Shown: positions 11,521 through 24,100 of the stretch, piece after piece
Layout of the letters: every line of letters starts with the position of its first letter
Position numbering within the stretch: position 1 is the first letter of the stretch
Origin: Epithemia pelagica
Lineage: Eukaryota > Protista > Bacillariophyta
Reading direction: 5' to 3'
NCBI GenBank assembly: GCA_946965045.2
Contig: OX337233.1
Location: forward strand, 1,240,001-1,304,000
DNA length: 64,000 nt
Program-made: the position numbers and the translations under genes
The notes under the pieces: generated by a model
Seen by the model: only the letters and a program-made list of their open reading frames with translations
Databases searched by the model: none
What the model was told of the DNA's origin: nothing

Positions 11521-13511
11521 ATGAAGATCACAATCGTTGACGATGAGGGTAACACACTAAAGAAGAGGATGGTAGGCACGGAAGAGGGTTTCCAAGCACT
11601 TCTCGATAAGTACCAGGTGTCATGGTTGGTGAACGATGACGGGTTCGAAGTTACACTTTTCGAAGACCTTCAAGAAGGCACATACACACTAGGCGACAAG
11701 ATTGCCGAAACAATAGATCTCGAACTCCAACAGCAGGCACCGGCATCAGTGAGTTATTATGTATCTGTATTCGATTTTGAGATTCTTGTCATTCTGCCTG
11801 TTTCATCAATTATCTGGGCAGGCTGGTATTGAGCTGCACTACCGCAGCAACAAGAATCAATTGCACATGACAGCATAAATGAGTGAACAAATTGAAGCCC
11901 TCACATCATGTTTTTTTAATGTACCTCTATCTTTTCCCTACTCTCTATTCATACATGAATGGTCAGCGACAGAGAGACTCGTTAGTGAAGCGCCATGCTG
12001 AGGAGACGCTTGAATCGCTGGTCATCAAACACCGCATCATCGAAAACAAGGGACGTCCGACCCGCATGCTTTCCTATGTGTCCAAGAGCCACGCCTTCTC
12101 TTCCATGATCTTGCAAGACCGCATTAGCTTTGGCCATGATTTTTTCTTTGATCTCGCTGATCCTTTAAAAAGTACAGATGCATTTCAGAGCGATGGTCCA
12201 GATCCATCGAAGGATGAAAACAAGACACATCATCCCTATTTCCTTGGGGAGATGAAGAAGCTCGTGGAATCTGCGGTGAAAGCGGGGCGAACTATTCACC
12301 AGCAGCTATTCTGGTCAAAAGATGGCCATTGGCTCAAACTTGATGACGGAGTTTCAGCTGGGGTCGAGCCCGATTTTTGTACGACTGACTCTATTCCAAA
12401 CGGTGAACTAGTTGCTTCCGCTAAAGGCAAGGCGAAACCGCCTCAGTCAAAATATGACGTGGCAATAGCATTCGAGCAGAAAAAGAAGTTTGTGAACTCT
12501 GATCAGATGGAGATTGTAGACTACGGCGAGCGAATTCTCTGTATTCAAAGAGGACGTACGTGTGTTTATACTGCCCTCTTCCATTGTGCGCTCGACGATA
12601 AGACCATACGGTGGGCCAAAACAATGGAGATCGACGAACAATTCGTTACCAAGATATCCAAGCCTGCTTCTTTGCTTCCTGGTGAAGATGGACAGCGTCA
12701 GCTTCTCACAATGTTATCCAAGTCTTCTTTTGAACTGGGGCGCGTCTTTCCAAAGATTGACCAGCCTGTCGACGGTGGCCACAATCTAAAAGTTTTGTAC
12801 TGCGTCGGAGAAGGAGCTACTTCCACAGTATTTGCAGCTCGACTAGAAAATGGACAAGGAGGAGGAGTTGATGGAGTAATCAAGGTCATGAAGCCTACGT
12901 TTCACCACCTTGTTGACCACGAGAAGAGTATTATGGATCACTTGAGCGAATCGGGAATGAACGGGCTACTCAAGTGCACCAAAGTTGCAGACCGTACCCT
13001 ATTTTTTGATAAACTTTTACGACCATTCGTTGGAACATTTTCAGTTGACAAGGTTGCTGCAATGTTGGATTGCTTGAAAAATGTTCACGCGGCCGGGGTA
13101 GTCCATCGGGATATCCGTCCTGAAAACATACTGGAAGATGCAACCGGCAACTTGTATCTCATTGACTGGGGATTTGCCCTATCATTAGATACTCGAATGG
13201 ACCCTCCACCGCCGTTTGCGGGGACATTTCGGTACGGAAGTGAGGCTGTTGTGAACGCTGCACACTTAGGCATGAAACATCACTATACGCCCAAGGACGA
13301 TCTTGAAGCGTTTGTGAAAACGGTTGTGGCAGTCAACTCCGGCGAACGACGCATCTTGAGGAAAATATCTGCTATTAAGCCAGGGGATTTTGGAACAGCT
13401 TTGCAAGTGTGGTTAGAGGAACGCCAGCTTCGTGTAGAGTACTTCAGTGGTGTGTTTGAAGCCGCCAGCACACTGGACTACGCGGAGCTGAAAAGGCTTC
13501 TAGTCTTTTGA
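11521..13511 (+). CDS. Crinkler-like protein: small header exon + PD-(D/E)xK nuclease-like domain + protein kinase
   Basis: Exon 1 11521-11748 (76 codons), intron GTGAGT 11749 to CAG 11966, exon 2 in frame to 13511. Nuclease-like VEPDF...YDVAIAFEQKK; kinase VGEGATSTVF, VIK, HRDIRPENIL, IDWG, GTFRY, DDLE. Confidence 0.75.
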
Positions 13512-13852
13512 TCAATGGACGATGATTGTACTGTCGAGTTCTCAATTTGTCTACGAATTGTGAACAAGGGTTGTTACGACGTATCGAAGTGCAAATATTC
13601 ATATCCGTCGTATCCATCTTGCCTCGTTTTATCATAATAATAATAACTCAATGATTAATTCTGTTACGAATTGCCTAGGGCTTTAACGTCGCTTAGGAGC
13701 CAAAGGGGACGTAGTCCCGCTGGGCTAAGTCGACCCATGAAAAGATGTATAGGAATGATGAAGAGAAACGCAATATGTAAAACAGGGAGCACATACCGTA
13801 CTGGCCGTGCACAATGAATCGAACTGGACAAAGGAAGGAAGGGGCCGGCCGG

Positions 13853-16800
13853 CTATGGTGGACCGGGGGGCCGAAATAATTGGCGAAATCTGCGCTGTTG
13901 TACTCGCAACCGACGGACTGGGGCCGAAGACCGGTGCTGAGCCAGGCGTCTGAGAAACAAGTCTTGAATTCTTGGGGGATCAGAAAGGCGAGATGCCAAG
14001 GGGCGACGGAACAACAGTCGCAGCGCGGGCGATAGGGAGGGCGGCGGAGAAGCGTAAGCAGACCTGATGGCGTCGTGTCGTTCCGCCATGAGGCGTGCTG
14101 CTTCGGCCGCATGGAATATGCCATTCCGATGCTCCCACAAGTCCCAAGCCACGTCCCACACTTTGGCGATCAGGAGCGCCAACCATCGCCGTCCGGAATT
14201 CCGCTTGCCAAGAAACCGAAAATAAACATCCTGAACCTCAGCCCATTCGGGGGCCCAGAAACCAAAAATCGCGGCTCCCCAACCCAATTCTGCTTGAGTC
14301 CGTGCAGCCTGAGCTAAAAAGGGGACTGTCGTCCGCAGGGAAGGATCAATCGGCCGTTGCTGGGAAAAGTCAGAAAGAGCCGTAATAATCACCTGCATCG
14401 CCTCCGGCTGGGTATTGCGAGCAAGGAGCCATTGGTGTAAGCTAGTCAGTCGTTGAGCCCAAAGGTCAATTGCATCGGAGTGGGGGCAAGAGAAAACATG
14501 TTCCGTAGTTTCGATGTGTCTGTTGCACCGAGGGCAAACGGGCGTCCGCCAGGCTCGACGCCGTACCATTTCGACGCCGACGGCCGACCTTCCCGCGGTG
14601 GCTTTAAGTACCCAGTGACGACGAGATTGAGGTATACGATCCAGAGCCTGGGCATAGGACGGCCAGGCGACTGCGGAAGAGGAACAATTACCAAAGCGGC
14701 CCAGTTTGGACCAAAAATCCAGCAGAGGAGGGGCAAGGACATGGTGCCGCAAGTGGACCGCGAGATTGTGAACCACCGGTGTCGTACCTAGCATCACTGG
14801 GGGGAGGGGCGCAGGAGGGAAAGTCGGGATATCCTCGACAGGAACTCGTATGTAGACCAGTGCGGCCCGTTCATCGGCCGCTATGTTACGTTTCGCCCAG
14901 ATGTCCAAAGGTCCGTCGAGACAGTCTTGATGCCCTTTGATGTGACGGGTTTTCCACTGTAAATTGGGTATCGCATCAATGGTACTCCGCGTGAGGGAAA
15001 CCAAATCCCAGCTATGATCGCGCAGGGACGGCTGGCGAGGGTAAGTAAAGATCCGGTCGATGACTGCTTGGCTGTCGGTCCCAAAATGCACAGTGCCTGT
15101 AAAAAGAGGAAAGAAACGCAACACGCTGCGTAGAACCTTGGCTATAGCGAGCAAACCGGCAAGTTCGCTCCGAAAAGAGCACTGGGCATCAGCTGGTCCA
15201 GGGATTCTGAGACCAGCTGACAAATGGGAGACAGTCGTTGCATCGAACGCTATACACCACGCAGCCGTACCATCAACGCCGGCATTCGCCGAGCCATCGG
15301 AAACCGCCGCTAAAGCACCCACTGAGGCCGCACGAAGAAGGGAGTCGTACACCGACGGATCATCGGGGGCATCAAACCACGTCTGGGTAAACGGCGCCAA
15401 TTCCGAAGCGCGCAAGTCTGGCTGAGGAGGGCGTAGACTCCGTCCGATCGGCACAGGCAAGGGCAATGGCCGTGTGTCATAGCCCTGGAGGGACACCCAT
15501 TGTGGATGATGAATCACATCCGCGGGGAAGAGGGATGGTTGCAACAGCAAACTGCCATACGCCACGTGATCCAAAGGGCCATGAAAACGCCGTCGACCAC
15601 GACGGGTAGGAAGCACGCCATACACTGCCCAACAATCATCATTCGTGGGGATAAACAAGCGATCCAGGGTCGGGCAAAAAAGGGGGAGGGTCGATCGCAC
15701 CGTCGCGTAGTCCCAGTTTCCCAACGTAGTCGTCACCGACCGAAAGCGGGAATCGGCGCCGAACACCGACATAAGGCAGCGTTGCCAAAGAGGCCAAGCC
15801 AGGGCTGAGTGAGGCGGGGAACTAGGCCAAGTATCCGAGCGGGGCCGCCGACCACAGGGGTCAGATCCAGACCAGGCCTGAGCCAGGACGGTTCGACCAT
15901 CACATGAAACAATATCTGCCAAGGAGAAAACTCGAAGGAACAGGCGACATCGATTCAGCTGAGCCAACGTTTGGCCAGACCGAATTCCGGAATCCCAAAA
16001 GGCGTCCATCAGGAACTTGTCACCGGCCCGCAAAAGAGGAGGGGGGGGGGGGGAAACCACGGAAGGAAGGGAAATCTGGTACTCAGCACAAAAAGCCCAC
16101 AAAGTCTTGGCCCAGGAAGGGACGGCACACGCGGACCAAGGGAGAAACGGTAGCTGGAGAGGGCAAATCGAAGTTCCCACTTCTAGGTGTAGATATTCGA
16201 AAGAAGCGCGAAGGAGACAACCCGTAATACTCGTTGCCGAGCGTCCGAACAACAGAAAAGCAGACACATGAGCGAGTCCCTGTTCCACAAATAGGTTGGG
16301 CAACGAGAAACCGCCGACGGTCCTGGGGCCATAAACAACATCCCGGGGCATCGACCGCACGATGTGGGACCGACTTAATCCAACTTGCAAAAGGGGGGCG
16401 CATAATTCCCGACACTGAAGGGAGGTGAACGTAGTGGCTGCGAGAGGGTATTCGAGTGTTTTAAAGATACCGGTTCGAAGAGATTGCCAAACGAGGTGGT
16501 GAGGAAGATGGCGAACTCGAACTTTATCAACCCAAGCCTTGACTTTCGATTTCAAATAGTCCAGTTCAGCCGTCATAGAGCCATCCGGTGCCGTCCAAAT
16601 TCCTAACGTCTTGCGAGCCATGTGGGGGTCCACACGCTCGATAGAGACGCGGCGACCCGAAGGTGATCGAATGGAGATGTCGCCTGGGACCTGGTTGGAC
16701 GAGAGAAGCTGCCACTTATTGCCTGACCAGGAATAGTTGACAAGGTACCAATGACACTTGCTCGGTACTAAGGCTCCACCTGAGGCCCGCAACGACTCCT

Positions 16801-19663
16801 CCCAGAAGTTGATGCTGGTCTGGAGTTTGTTGATGACAGAAGATGCAGAAGCGTCTGGAGACGGATCATTGACCACCAAATCGGTATCGTCAACAAACGC
16901 ATAGCCGACGAAGAAGAAATCCGAAGAGTCACCAGAGAGAGGGCATCGGATAAAAATACCGTAGCCGCGTTACCGCATCGAGTTAAAAATGGGAGTGCTG
17001 ACCACCGCCCATATGGCGGGGCCGGCCCCATTTCCCTGGCCAATCCCATGGGCTGGAAGATCTCCGTCGGCAGCCGAGAAGAACACCACCGAATCGCCGT
17101 ACGTGGTCCTGATGTAATGTCAAAGTTGTTGGATGGGCCGGAGCGAGGACTCCACAAGAGGAGTCGGGACCCCACAACGTTGCATCGCTAAGCCGGCGGC
17201 CCCGTGAACAATCCGGTCATAACACGACTTGGCGTCGTTCGAACACAGAGCCACCGGTTGGCGCGACTGGCGGGCTAGATCGTAGGTGAGCACCTTGTTC
17301 AATGCTTGATACACCGCACTGTGCGCTTTGCGACTGCCGTATTGTTCAGGAGCCAAGAGGCTATTGGCCTCTGCATAACGCATCATAGACCGACCCATAA
17401 GTTTATTGTTGTGATTGAAGTCTGCCTCATATAAGAGGATGGTACGCAGTTTCGTTACTTTGCAGACACCAGGCGTCTTTTCCAACATCACATTGAGACC
17501 TTTGGTCCATCGGGACGGGACGTACCCCGACATAGCGGGGATGTGAGCCATCGCAGCATCCACCGAGGCCAACTCCGGGTCCAGACAATTGGCCATAAAA
17601 TGGCCAAAATGGAGGCCGGATGGACCAGAAGAAGTATACTTATCCATCCGTTGCCACGACCGAGAGAACGAGGGCGTTCGAAAATCCAAATCAAAAGCGT
17701 TGGGGGCAACAAGGACGGAAGGACGTTTGTGCTGGGCGAGATACAAGGCCGCAGCGTCGGAGAGAAGGCCCGCGACTGCATCGGTGTTCCCGGAACGGAG
17801 GAGATACTGCGACTCAAAGGAGCATCCCGTGGGGCCAAGAATTTCCACCAAAGGTCGGGTGAGAAGGTCAGTGCCGGTGGCCTGGCGAAACCGCCGCGAG
17901 TTTTCAAGGAGGCATCCTTGTTCTATTCCCCGACGGTCCGAATGCATTGCCCAGGCACCCGTCCATTCGCCATCTTCCCAAGACCCGTTTCCCGTGGGAA
18001 CCTCGACCATGGCTAAACCACTCCGGGGAGACGACCGAAAGACCGAACGAAGCAGAGCGGCATCTTCCCGTTGGCGTTCACGACGTAACATAGACTGAAG
18101 ACCGGTAGCCGCAGATTCCAGGCCGGCTTCGGCACGAGCTGTCGCCAAGAAAGAGAGGAAAGAGCGACGCGTGTCTGGAGACCGTTTTTTCTCAATTTTG
18201 TATGCCTCCCACGCGGCTTGGCGATGACGGAAGATGTCATCCAAGGGCATGGCCGTTGGGATGTCCAGTCCGGCTTTTGAGGCTAAACGCTTCAGATAGG
18301 AGAACCCGACGTGGCGCCCCAGTGACCGAGTATAGAACCGGTCCCAGAACCGATGCACAGCGAGCGCCCGAGAAAACTTGGGATTCCAAGGGACTTTCCC
18401 CGTCCGCAGCGTCCGACACTTGGATTCGGCTTCACGAATGCCTTGAAGGCGAAGCAAGTCAAGCGATTCCCATTCGGACGCCAATTCAGGAGAGAGAGTG
18501 GGTCCGTCCGGTAGAGCGGCCTGCACCGAAGTTTCAAGGGCAAAAACTCGCGGGGCAATTTGATGAGCCGAATAGTGATCACGAAGGGATTTCTGGTATT
18601 TCTTGACCACGCGCGGATCGCGACATTGCAACTTCCGAGCGGTGGTAGGTTGAGGAGCACAAGACCGGGAACCGAAGACCGTGGTCGTAGACAGATCAAC
18701 CCAGAGGGGCCGATGGTCGCCGGGGCCGCATCCGAAAGGTAGGTAACCGGAAAACGCGGATTCCAAGAGTGACGTAGAACCTAACACGCAGTCAATCGGC
18801 CGGGATCCTCTGTTGTGTGTAGCCGGGGCCGCGGCCCGATCATGACGGTCCAGATGCAAATCCTCCAGAGACAGGCCAGATAAAGAAGCCGAGATTGGGT
18901 TGACCGGAGTCCATAACAAAGGCTCGTTTGCATCCATGGACACAAAGAGCTGGTCCCCGTCGGCGTGGGCCTGTTGAAGATCAGCGCAAAGGTCCATAAG
19001 GAAAGCTTCGCGGGGATCTTGGGATCGGGGCGGCTGAGACGTAGCAAAAAAGGCTTGGTGTTGATTCCAGACCGACTCAATGTCCCGAGGATTGCAAACG
19101 GGCCGGTAGGCGCTGTAGACACGCAGATGCGAGCGGTCGTGACCTCGTAAACGGACCCATACCCATCGACCGAGCCCAGATGGGTCACAGCCGGAACCAC
19201 AGACTCTCCCGGTGTGTTGATCCCGAATCAGAATTGCGGTACCGCCCCGTTGGTAGGAAGACGCGAGGTGAGAGTCATGGAAGTGGGCAACTCGTGTAAA
19301 AGTAGAGCGGAACCAGGGACGCACGACTTGACGAAAATGAGAAGTTTCGGGCAAAAGGTTCCACGCTTGATTAAGTTCAGAAAGGCATAAAATATCGACG
19401 TTATAAGTAAGAATAAAGGCATGAAGATCTTGGTATTTGACCCCATTAGGATCGGCCGGGAGCCCCGACACGTTCAGACCAACGATACGTAGCGTATCGT
19501 CCGATGAGTCCACCGCAAATTCGTCTCCCCAACAATCCGACAAGCTAGAGACGGAATTCGACGGTCCCTCACCTGGAGTCCCGGTGCGCCCCTCGGTGGC
19601 CCTGTCACAGGGAAAAGACAGGGCCGGGGCATAGGGACTAATGCTGCGACCCCGTCGCTGCAT
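13853..19663 (-). pseudogene. LINE A ORF2: APE endonuclease + RT + RNase H + CCHC, with two in-frame stops
   Basis: LRIVGLNVSGL, DILCLSE, RPIDCVL; SSGPSGLHFGHF, KLRTILLYEADFN, NDAKSCYDRI, FVDD; VSDGS, FRSELAG, HIKGHQD; CPRC..ETTEHVFSC. The track ORFs 17120..19975 and 13853..16879 are one frame interrupted by TGA 17120-17122 and TAA 16970-16972. Confidence 0.9.
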
Positions 19664-19689
19664 GACCAGGGGACGACGGGGCAGGGTCT

Positions 19690-20590
19690 TCAGGGCGTAG
19701 GGATCACGCCGGGGGGGAGGGATGCGAGTTGTTGTCGCACCGCTTGGGTAGCCGGGTTGTTGGGTGGGAGAAGGTCCAGAACCGACCGAAAAGAAGCGAT
19801 CATGGACGTAAGGGAGGATACTAACTGTTCTGGATGTTGGTCTGAGGTAAGGGAAGAAGGGGTGGTCGCCGACCGGGACGGAGTACCGTGGGAAGGAGCG
19901 ACCGAAGCCGACGGCGGAGAAGATCGAGCTTGCTGATTGGGGGCCGGGGACACTGCAGACTGGACAGAAGTCCACGAGCTTACCGATTGGCCTTGAGGTA
20001 AGGTGGAAATACTATCCTGATCGCCGGCAGCGTCGTGGGGCCGAACCACCGGCCCCTGGCTCGTCGTAGGCATGGTCGAGGCGGGAGTGACGTCCGTAAC
20101 GACCTGGGAGCAGTCCAACTCATCATCGACCACGTCGTGAATCCAACCGTTGTACTCATCACCTGGGGAGTCCACAGACATGGTATCTGGGTTCCATACC
20201 GCATCCACAGCTCTATCCAGAGCATCGCGATTGAAGTGACGATAGAGAGCACGAGAGTAGAACCGTTCGCGCTCCACCGGAGTAAAATGAGGGTTTTCTT
20301 CCGCCATTTTCCAGCGTAAATACGGGATAAGGGCGATGACCATGGCCCGGGCTTCTTCCTCCCGGTTTGGGTGGAAAGTGAATTGTACAGCATCACCCAC
20401 ATGGCTGGGGTCCACGGAGTGGAAGAGTTTGATAAACTTCTCTCGATTCAACAGGGGTTAGACAGATAGGTAGGATAGGTAAAAGGCTCGCTGAGCCGAC
20501 AATCGAATCACCAACCGATACAACAATCCTCCACGGGTCAGAGAAGAGTTGCAAGTCGAAGTCCGCCGTGGGTGGGGGCAGTCGGTCCAC
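19690..20590 (-). pseudogene. LINE A ORF1, C-terminal remnant
   Basis: KLFHSVD...FTFHPNREEEARAMVIALIPYL followed by a Ser/Pro-rich tail; lies directly upstream of ORF2; has an upstream in-frame stop and is cut off by the LTR. Confidence 0.7.
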
Positions 20591-21187
20591 TGATAAGAGG
20601 TTAGTCTTAAGATGAGTGTTAAAATGGTGATATTAATGATTGTGAGAAGATTACTAACTAAGGTGGTTGATGGTGCCGAAGTCCTGGCTCTTGTATACGG
20701 CCATGGATCTGATGTGATAGGTCCTCACTGGTTGGAGTAGACCGGCATTGGTGTATATTGAATGTATAGGGTGATGGATAACATGTATGGGATGCAACAG
20801 CTCTTGCTTTGTCGTGGTATAAGTCTTGTTCTGGGCGCGTTGCTGTTTGCATTCTTGGATTTGTGGGAACAGAGATATGGTCTCGCGTGATCGTGATTCG
20901 TGCTTTGATTACATAGACCGTTAGGTCGAATCGTGGATGCGCGTACTCGGATAGTAGAGGCGCGCACTTGATAGTTTTGGGCGCGCACGTGTTGGGCCAT
21001 AGTTAATATCCGAGCGGTCGCCGATAACGCGTGCACTGCGAGCATGCCGTGGCCAAATTTATAGTTTCGCGAGCATGCCGACATTCTTTTCTCACTTTTA
21101 GGAAAATGTCATCGGATGCCATAAAATACTAGCATCATTCGATGAGTTGTAGGTTTCGCCACCTAGTTTTCGGTGAGAATCCTAACA
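20591..21187 (-). repeat. 3' LTR of the Copia element (597 bp, TG...CA)
   Basis: On the minus strand it starts TGTTAGG immediately after the polypurine tract GTGGGGAG and ends CTTATCA. Confidence 0.75.
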
Positions 21188-24100
21188 CTCCCCACAATTC
21201 GTCGAATGAGGATTGTCAATTCCCTCATCACTTTCCTGGATTTTTCCTCTCCAGAATAACAAAGATCTGAGCATGGGCCAAACTGCGGCGAATTCCCAAT
21301 GTTTACTGAGGATATCGGCTGGGTTTGTCTTTCCATCTTTCCAGTAGAATGCGACGTACTTTGCAGCGATAGCTTCACGGACTCGGTGATAGGATAGGAG
21401 ATGGTGCCTCTTGGAGATGATTGAGTGTGGTGCGGTGCTATTGATAACGACAGAGCGGTTATCTCCAAACATATAACTCTTCTCTCGTAGAGGGACTCCC
21501 AAGTATCGGAGTGTAAGGCGTAGCTCCGTGATCTGATCAACTGCAGTCCTTGCGGCAACAAATTCAGATCCATACGTGGCTGTCTCCACTGTGGCTTGTC
21601 GCTTACTGTACCAGTCCACGGGTGTACCATTTACAAAATGCAGGATGGCTGTAACTGCTTTCCCAGTAACCACATCATGCATGAGATTTGCGTCGACATA
21701 ATGTATAGTTGTCACAAAACGCCCAAGTGGGGTTGGACAGTCCTCAGGGATACGTTCCTTGGCGTCCATGTATACGGTACGACTCCAATCGTATTCTTGG
21801 ATAGGTAAAGCTGATAAATCTGGCTCCCCAGTGCGGAATCTGATAGACCCATCAGGAAATGACATGAGGTATCCATAGATGCGCTTAGCTCGCTTCAAAT
21901 GACCAATCCTTGGAGCAGCTCTGAACCTTGATAGAGTCATGGTAGCAGGAAAGACATCAAAACGGCCAATGGTAATTAGCCATTGCAGTTGTCCAATAAG
22001 AGTCTGGAAATGCTGGGTCCCTTCTTCATCTAAGAGCTCAGAGTCATCGAGTTCAGGATGATTGTTAGCAATGACTGGCGGCTTTGCTTTCTTGGGTTTC
22101 TCATTGAACAATCGTTCATAGGTATCCATCATCTTCTCGATGTACCTTCGTGGGTCAGACACAAGTGTACCGTCTGGATCTTTGGTATAACGACACCCCA
22201 AGTGATACTCGATAGGTCCGACTCCTTTGAGTTTGAAGTTGTATTTTTCTGTAAAGATCTTGCAGACAGCTTCAGGGTCCATGGCAACGATAGCTAAGTC
22301 ATCAACATATACAGCGATATATTCATAACAGTCTTCTCCAGGAGCCTTCTTCATCCAAATATCAGGGTCAGCCTTGCTTGGAGAAAATCCCATATCAATG
22401 AGAACATCAAACAGTTTGTCATGCCAGCGAGCACCTGAGGATTTGAGACCATATAATGCCTTGTAGATGATCAAGATATGTCCTTCTAACTCCTTGAACT
22501 CTGGTCCTGCAATGATGAAAATCTTCTCTCCTGTCAATGCTTCTAGGTATGCGTTCCCAATATCTGCTCCCCATATTTCCATGTCGTTCATGGTTCCAAG
22601 AAATATGGCAATGCGAAGGTTGCGAATGGAGACAACCCCTGAATAGATGGTCTCAACGGGTTCCTTGGTGAGATGTCCATCTGCGACAAGTCGTGCCTTG
22701 TGCCTTCTGTCATGCTTGACATCAAAGACCAGATGTACTCTTATCTTATGATATCCTTCTGGTGCATTGGCCAATTTTCCATTAATGAGCTTGGCTTTTC
22801 CATGGTCCTTGAAAGTGTTATACGATTGGATCTGTGAGAGTTCCAATTCTGTTGCGTCTTGCCATTTCGTGTTCCCAAATTGCTTGTCTAGTTCCACTGC
22901 TTCTTCATAGGTGCGAGGTACTTGGAAACCAAACTTGTACTTGATAGAACGACGAACTTGTTTGATCCTGGATTGTTTAGCTGCTCGAATGAGTCTTTTG
23001 CTTGTCTTGACGTATCGCTTGAGATGTTTCCATCCAGGTAGATCCAGCAAACCATTTTTCTTGGCATAGATGGCGACTGTGATGGGGTCATCATTTGCAA
23101 TAAGAGATAGAGGTTCGTATGTCGTCTCCCCAGTCTCCCAATCAACAAGGACATTATATTTACTCCCTTTATAGTCTGGGTCGCTTGAGTTCAAAGGTCC
23201 TTGGTGTGCAATAACGTCTCTGAATCGGAAGAGACTATCCCCTGTCGTTTGGGCTTGATTATCCCTTTCAATGTATTCCATGAGCTGGTTGTAGGAGATC
23301 ATCTCATCAACATTGGAGTTAGACTTGCGAAAGATATATTTGAGTCGATCTTCTTGTTTGGTTGCATCTTGTTCCAGGTCGACAACTCGTTTGATTACTC
23401 GTGCTCGGTGGCGCTCCCCATTTTCTTCAATGTCACAAAGGAATGTGCGTCCAACTAAATCGTCGTAGTCAATTGTTGGCATAGGTGTGGATGGGTCTTC
23501 ACTTCTGCTGCGAATAAAGACAGTGTCACCTTGCTTGTCAGTGGGTTTATGCGGCGACTCCTCCCCTGAAGAGATATCCACACGAAGGTTGGGGGTAGTG
23601 GAGGCAACGCGACGGACAGCGGAACGGTAGATGATGACGTTGTCGGCAGTGAGGATCTTCCAAGTAAAGGCATCACCAACATTGTGGGCAAAACCAACCC
23701 AGTGGCCAATCTTCTCGTCGGGAGACGAAGGGTAAGAACCGGAGGTAGGTTCAGAAGGGTCGACACGATAGTAGACCTCATCCCAGAAAGGAAAGAAAAG
23801 GAGATGGGTAATGTCGGGTGGGGTACCGGTAAGAGCCTCAAGAGGGGTGCGGCCAGAGTGGGTGGGAGAGGAAGTGTGATTGAGGAGGTCACACACATAT
23901 TCTAAACAAAGTAACCATGCAGAAGCAGGGCAACCAGATGCATTCATGATAGCATTGGTCATACGCTTAACGGTCTGATAGCGGTTCTCAGCTTTCTTCT
24001 GGTGTTGATGATAGGGCTCGGAACGGTATTCACCAATCAGAAGGGTGCGAAGAATATCCTTGACCTTGTGGGAAATAAGTGACGAACCACCATCACTGAT

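Larger units (their letters stand above)
13635..20590 (-). mobile_element. Ambal-like non-LTR retrotransposon (LINE A), 5'-truncated by the Copia LTR and inactive
   Basis: ORF1 remnant, ORF2 EN-RT-RNaseH, 3' UTR hairpin and a (TTA)4 tail at 13635-13646 on the minus strand. Confidence 0.9.
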